From an uncultured Bacteroidota bacterium (lineage in GTDB: Bacteria > Bacteroidota > Ignavibacteria > Kryptoniales > JAKASW01), in assembly GCA_963703365.1 (NCBI GenBank), contig OY969815.1:1856605-1920604 (forward strand): a stretch of DNA of 64,000 nucleotides. Reading direction: 5' to 3'. Positions 60,025 through 64,000 of this stretch are shown here, in pieces. Both the position numbers and the translations under genes were made by a program. Numbering within the stretch: the stretch's first letter is position 1; every line of letters starts with the position of its first letter. The notes under the pieces were generated by a model. It saw nothing but the letters and a program-made list of their open reading frames with translations, made no database searches and was not told the origin of the DNA.

Positions 60025-61320
60025 TTACTTTCCGCTCTGTTGATCATATTGCTTGATCTGGTTTTCGAGCTCTTGCATTTCTTGTTGGAATGACCTTTTC
60101 GGCAGACCACTCCTGGTATACTGCGCCTCCCGGTCTTTTAAAGTCGGAAGTATGTTCGCTCTCAGTAGGATGATAAGCTCTTTGCTCTGCGATGAAATAT
60201 TATCGGAGCCGGTTAAATACCTTATTCCAAACACCCACCATGGAAGGTCTTTGAGAACGGGAATTCCTTCGCGATGATTCGTTTGATTTGTGCTGTACAA
60301 ACCGCCTATTGTGGTTTGCTCTCCGTTCAACAGAAGAACTTTCGTTGCCGCCTGTTCATTATTTATAACCATGCTGGTTGTACCAATACCTGATAAAGAG
60401 CTGTTCGTCAAGCTTAAATCTAAACTTATGAAGTCAACGCTGTCTTGACGAAAGACTGTAGGCGTAACAGAAATCATTATTCCGGCATTTTCCATCGTCT
60501 GCACCGTGTTGCCAGCGAAATCTTTTGTAGTCACGAAAAAGTTTTCTCCAACTTGGACATTCCCCACCTGACCTGATCTTACCGTGATATCGGGACTCGC
60601 TATAATTTTTCCAAAATCCTCAGACTCAAGCACACCAAATAAAGCCGAGAGAGTACCGAAGTTGTTATTATATTCTCCACTCAAATTAAACTGTCCTGGA
60701 ACAGTATAAACGCCGGCATTACTAGTAGCTCCGGGAGATACGACAATATTAGGTTGTTGACCGGTCTGGCTACTTATGGGGCTTAAACTATTCCATGTGC
60801 CTTTAATAATGTAATTGATGTTTATTCCGTGCGAATTAAGTTTTGTAACATCAGCTTCGAAGAAAACAGCTTCAATATTTACTTCTCTGCTGTCTAAAGT
60901 AGGCGATCCCGGAGGCAATGCTTGTTCCTTCGATTCCTCTTTCACAATCACTTGTTGTTGCTCCCCGGGAATTATTTGTATGTAACTTTCATACTCTTTG
61001 TACCACAGTCCATTCGCTCGTAAAATTGCTTCGAACGCATCAAGCCATTGCATTCTATCGATGTCAACGTTGATGGGAGTAGTCCTGTTATCTGGATCTA
61101 TTATTATCTTATTCAGAAATTTTCTGCTGTAGCTATCAAGAATACTAATCGCAGTATTAAAAGGCGTGGTCGCCACGATGGTTACTATTTGTTGCGGCGA
61201 AACATTCCGCAATTCTTTTGGTGTAGCATTAATCTGCGCCTTAAGCCCTGTCGTGCAGCTCAAAGCGGCGAGAATAAACAATATCAATTTTTTCATTGTA
61301 TCCCTATGCCTATTTTCCAA
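60025..61320 (-). CDS. pilQ: type IV pilus secretin (PilQ-like), probable lipoprotein
   Basis: 431 aa. C-terminal secretin motif GGLYSTNQTNHREGIPVLKDLPWWVFGIRYLTG...KELIILLRANI. N-terminus MKKLILFILAALSC (lipobox-like). Short for a PilQ, with no AMIN-like region. Confidence 0.8.
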   Translation of the reverse strand: MENRHRDTMKKLILFILAALSCTTGLKAQINATPKELRNVSPQQIVTIVATTPFNTAISILDSYSRKFLNKIIIDPDNRTTPINVDIDRMQWLDAFEAILRANGLWYKEYESYIQIIPGEQQQVIVKEESKEQALPPGSPTLDSREVNIEAVFFEADVTKLNSHGININYIIKGTWNSLSPISSQTGQQPNIVVSPGATSNAGVYTVPGQFNLSGEYNNNFGTLSALFGVLESEDFGKIIASPDITVRSGQVGNVQVGENFFVTTKDFAGNTVQTMENAGIMISVTPTVFRQDSVDFISLDLSLTNSSLSGIGTTSMVINNEQAATKVLLLNGEQTTIGGLYSTNQTNHREGIPVLKDLPWWVFGIRYLTGSDNISSQSKELIILLRANILPTLKDREAQYTRSGLPKRSFQQEMQELENQIKQYDQQSGK

Positions 61321-62194
61321 ACCTTGTTTTTAAAACTACGCGGTCTATGATACCGCCTTTATTCAATGTGAACTCGGCTTCATTCTTTTCCTGATCGATC
61401 CTTGTGAGGTATCCGAGATAAACTTCGTCCCCTACACTTAAAACGTGCGCTTTCCCATTTTCGTCAACAATAAAAATCTTATCCGTCATGACTGCGCGCA
61501 GATCAGAACGTTCGACATCTACCAATCCCCTCAAGTTTGCAGGAGGTTCACTTGATATCAAAGGATTAAGGAAATTATGTCCAGCGATGACTGTTTTGTA
61601 AAGCGTAGGATCTTCTCCGGACACTTCCGATGAAACTCCGGCAACCGACGAGTAGTAGGCGTCAATATTCATCGTATATGGCACGATGGTCTTCGGGTTT
61701 TCGCTCGTCTCATCGCGCACCTCATGCCCGGTTAAAGTAAGATCTTCAACTTTATAAAGTAGTTTTGCATGTTCAAGGTACCATATAAATTCGAATAAGT
61801 TTTCGTAGCTCGTTTCGCCTTTCAGGTTATAAACATCATAACCGTACTGGCTGAATGTTTTGGCGCCTTGATAAAGCATATCGAATTTCACAAAACCGCT
61901 CGCATCCATTATCCTATTCAAGTACGCATAAGTAAGAGCAGTTGTATCGTTAGCCGGAATCACTTTGAATCTCTTTGAATACTTGTCTTTCATTTCTGCC
62001 AACTTTTCTTCAGATTCTTTCAACTCGCTTTCGATCGCCGGACGCTGGCTGATCGTCTGCTCATATCTCGTCGCCTCCGCAGTCAACTTTACCTTCTCTT
62101 TCGGTTGTACCACATCAGTCAAGTATAATCCCACACTACCGATTACCGCAAGAAAAGCTGCGAGGACTATTGTATTCCTAAGTGCATAAGACAT
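61310..62194 (-). CDS. PilO-like / PilP-like fusion protein
   Basis: 294 aa. N-terminal TM segment plus coiled coil (PilO-like). The C-terminal NFLNPLISSEP...IFIVDENGKAHVLSVGDEVYLGYLTRIDQEKNEAEFTL resembles the PilP beta-sandwich. Confidence 0.55.
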   Translation of the reverse strand: MSYALRNTIVLAAFLAVIGSVGLYLTDVVQPKEKVKLTAEATRYEQTISQRPAIESELKESEEKLAEMKDKYSKRFKVIPANDTTALTYAYLNRIMDASGFVKFDMLYQGAKTFSQYGYDVYNLKGETSYENLFEFIWYLEHAKLLYKVEDLTLTGHEVRDETSENPKTIVPYTMNIDAYYSSVAGVSSEVSGEDPTLYKTVIAGHNFLNPLISSEPPANLRGLVDVERSDLRAVMTDKIFIVDENGKAHVLSVGDEVYLGYLTRIDQEKNEAEFTLNKGGIIDRVVLKTRFGK

Positions 62195-62203
62195 TTCACA
62201 TCC

Positions 62204-63727
62204 TCACTTTTTCGAAAACTTCAAGTCTATCTGGAAATTATATACGGGTTTTCCGCGAATATCTGCAATGGTAACTTTTCTTAATATTGAACCGGGATAA
62301 CTCATCGCAAAAATAGGTATCCTATCGCGGTACAGCGAGTAACCTTCAACCGAATACGTTTCGGTATCCAATTGGTGAACGTCAGTGAGCCACACACCTC
62401 CGACCCGTTCCACCGCTTTAGAAAGCGAAGCAACCATAGTGGACCACCTTTCAGTATTAGGCATAAGAGAATCCAGAAGAGTCGTTGCGGCGGAATATTT
62501 GCTGAACTGATTCTGTATATCGATAATTTGTGGTCTCAACGCGTCAACTTCAGCTGCCTGTATTTTCTTAGTGTTCACATCATCGCGCAACTTCACGAGT
62601 TGGCTCTGATTTGATGCATAATTATACGTAAAAAAGAATGTTGATGCAAAGACAAATGTTGCAAGGACCAACCCATGCCATGCAAGCTTGAAGATTTTTT
62701 GACTCTCAAGTACCGTGCTCGGGGTCAGATTTGCGACGTAAAAATTCTTTGACTTGGGCGCAACAGCACGAATTGCACTTGCTATCGGTACCGCATATTG
62801 TGGAATTAACTCTTCACCACCAGCGGGAAGCTGAGATGTGTTCACACGTGGAAGCTGGAGATAATCAACATAGGCACCGACAAGTAATGACGAGAGAAAT
62901 CCTTTTATGTCAAAGTTCTTGCATTCGCCGCACAGAATCACCCTGTCTACCCGCGGAAGGCTGAGGTTATCTTGCCCCAATAAGATTCTGCTGTAGATTG
63001 TATTCTGGACGCTGTACGAATCTGCGCCTTCACTGATGATTGGAGCGATATTGAAAAGATTTCTACCACGCATGAAAATCAATCTTGTGTATTCCACGCC
63101 GACATATACGACTACACTGATCTCATCCTCCCCTAATGCGTAATTGTTTTTAATAACATTAACAAGCGCGATATCACTGCTTTCCACGAAAGCGATTTTT
63201 GGCATTTGAGAACCCAAAAAAGGACGAGCGCTCATTACAAGATCAAGCATAGGAACATGCTGCTCTCTTACTACTCCAATATAGCTGGTTTCAGATATTG
63301 TTGAGAGTATTTCAACTTGCTCTTTTGTTACGCCCGACCTTGTCGCCTGAAGCTCTTCGATTATCTTAGAAATTATTTTATCGGGTTTCAGTTTCTTTGG
63401 GATTTCTATAGAATGGTAAAACACATAGGGCTCACCAATAGACAATGCAAGCGGGCCTTTCTTCCTTCCGTACTTTGTGAAAACATCGGTGACAATCGCC
63501 GAATTGGTTTCTGAGACTGATTGTTCTTGCACATTTGTCTGCGTAATATCAATCTCCGCTGGAGAATCAAATCCCCCCCCACTCATTGATGCTGCTACCT
63601 CTAATTTCTCAGCAAGCTTGGCATCGTAAAGGTCAAGGATCACAACCTTTTTACCACGCCTAACTACATGTACGATTTTTAAATCTGTACCGTCGATGTA
63701 TAATCCTAACGCACTATGTGAGGCCAT
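62204..63727 (-). CDS. PilM-like (actin-type ATPase fold) / PilN-like fusion protein
   Basis: 507 aa. N-terminus LGLYIDGTDLKIVHV (PilM/FtsA-like). TM segment WHGLVLATFVFASTFFFTY at about residue 350, followed by a coiled coil and an alpha/beta region (PilN-like). Confidence 0.6.
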   Translation of the reverse strand: MASHSALGLYIDGTDLKIVHVVRRGKKVVILDLYDAKLAEKLEVAASMSGGGFDSPAEIDITQTNVQEQSVSETNSAIVTDVFTKYGRKKGPLALSIGEPYVFYHSIEIPKKLKPDKIISKIIEELQATRSGVTKEQVEILSTISETSYIGVVREQHVPMLDLVMSARPFLGSQMPKIAFVESSDIALVNVIKNNYALGEDEISVVVYVGVEYTRLIFMRGRNLFNIAPIISEGADSYSVQNTIYSRILLGQDNLSLPRVDRVILCGECKNFDIKGFLSSLLVGAYVDYLQLPRVNTSQLPAGGEELIPQYAVPIASAIRAVAPKSKNFYVANLTPSTVLESQKIFKLAWHGLVLATFVFASTFFFTYNYASNQSQLVKLRDDVNTKKIQAAEVDALRPQIIDIQNQFSKYSAATTLLDSLMPNTERWSTMVASLSKAVERVGGVWLTDVHQLDTETYSVEGYSLYRDRIPIFAMSYPGSILRKVTIADIRGKPVYNFQIDLKFSKK

Positions 63728-63749
63728 TCCATTCTCCTTCCTTTAGAAA

Positions 63750-64000
63750 TTACATCATCTGCAGAAGCTGTTCCATCCTGCGTTTGTTGTTCGCATAGTT
63801 CAGCGCATTTCTCTTAGAAATCTTTCGTTGCAAATATAATCTCTTCAAGTCCTGTTCCATCGTCATCATCCCGAGTTCCGAACCTTCTGCAATCATCTGA
63901 TAAATTTCACTAGTGTTCTTATTTTTGATCGCAGCCTTCACAGACGGGCTGCCGACAAGAATCTCTTTCGCCAACACTCGTTTCCCATCCAGGCTCGGCA
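63750..64000 (-). CDS. pilT: twitching-motility ATPase PilT, C-terminal part (gene continues beyond the right edge)
   Basis: ..PSLDGKRVLAKEILVGSPSVKAAIKNKNTSEIYQMIAEGSELGMMTMEQDLKRLYLQRKIS matches the PilT C-terminal region. The frame is open to position 64000, so the track's GTG start at 63977 is not the true start. Confidence 0.8.
   Translation of the reverse strand, partial: PSLDGKRVLAKEILVGSPSVKAAIKNKNTSEIYQMIAEGSELGMMTMEQDLKRLYLQRKISKRNALNYANNKRRMEQLLQMM

Overview
Bacterial chromosomal window. Gene content suggests an FCB-group, Ignavibacteria-like organism; this is inference only, and the 16S at 54045-55583 would settle it.

The core is almost entirely on the minus strand:
- a partial yicC;
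- the rimP-nusA-infB-rbfA-truB-ribF-rpsO-pnp block (4.3-13.7 kb);
- engB;
- a complete rpsL-rpsG-fusA-tuf-S10-spc-alpha ribosomal superoperon (27.9-47.2 kb), including an rpmJ that the ORF track misses;
- an ABC-F ATPase on the plus strand;
- a 16S-tRNAIle-tRNAAla-23S-5S operon (50.3-55.6 kb) with boxA motifs, processing stems, candidate promoters and a terminator.

Accessory content, roughly in order of interest:
1. A CydA-like membrane protein fused to a CxxCH cytochrome c domain, translationally coupled to a second polytopic protein (24.6-27.2 kb).
2. A roughly 9.4-kb island downstream of tRNA-Ser(UGA) (15.0-24.4 kb). It has decayed mobility signatures: a frameshifted excisionase-type HTH, an esterase C-terminal stub, a split unknown gene, an AT-rich GNAT gene and a possible degenerate att copy of the tRNA 3' end.
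3. Inside that island, two about 95% identical, inverted, outward-facing 86-aa paralogs of unknown family. They bracket a receiver-only response regulator and an O-methyltransferase followed by a Trp/His/Cys-rich 57-aa ORF.
4. A three-gene pilin-like operon with non-canonical N-termini, next to tRNA-Leu and an IS remnant (1.3-3.8 kb).
5. A compact type IV pilus cluster, pilT / PilM-N fusion / PilO-P fusion / lipoprotein secretin / CheY-like gene, followed by a 905-aa repeat-rich lipoprotein (56.9-64 kb).

I saw no CRISPR array, integrase or reverse transcriptase. All family calls come from reading the translations by eye; no database search was run.
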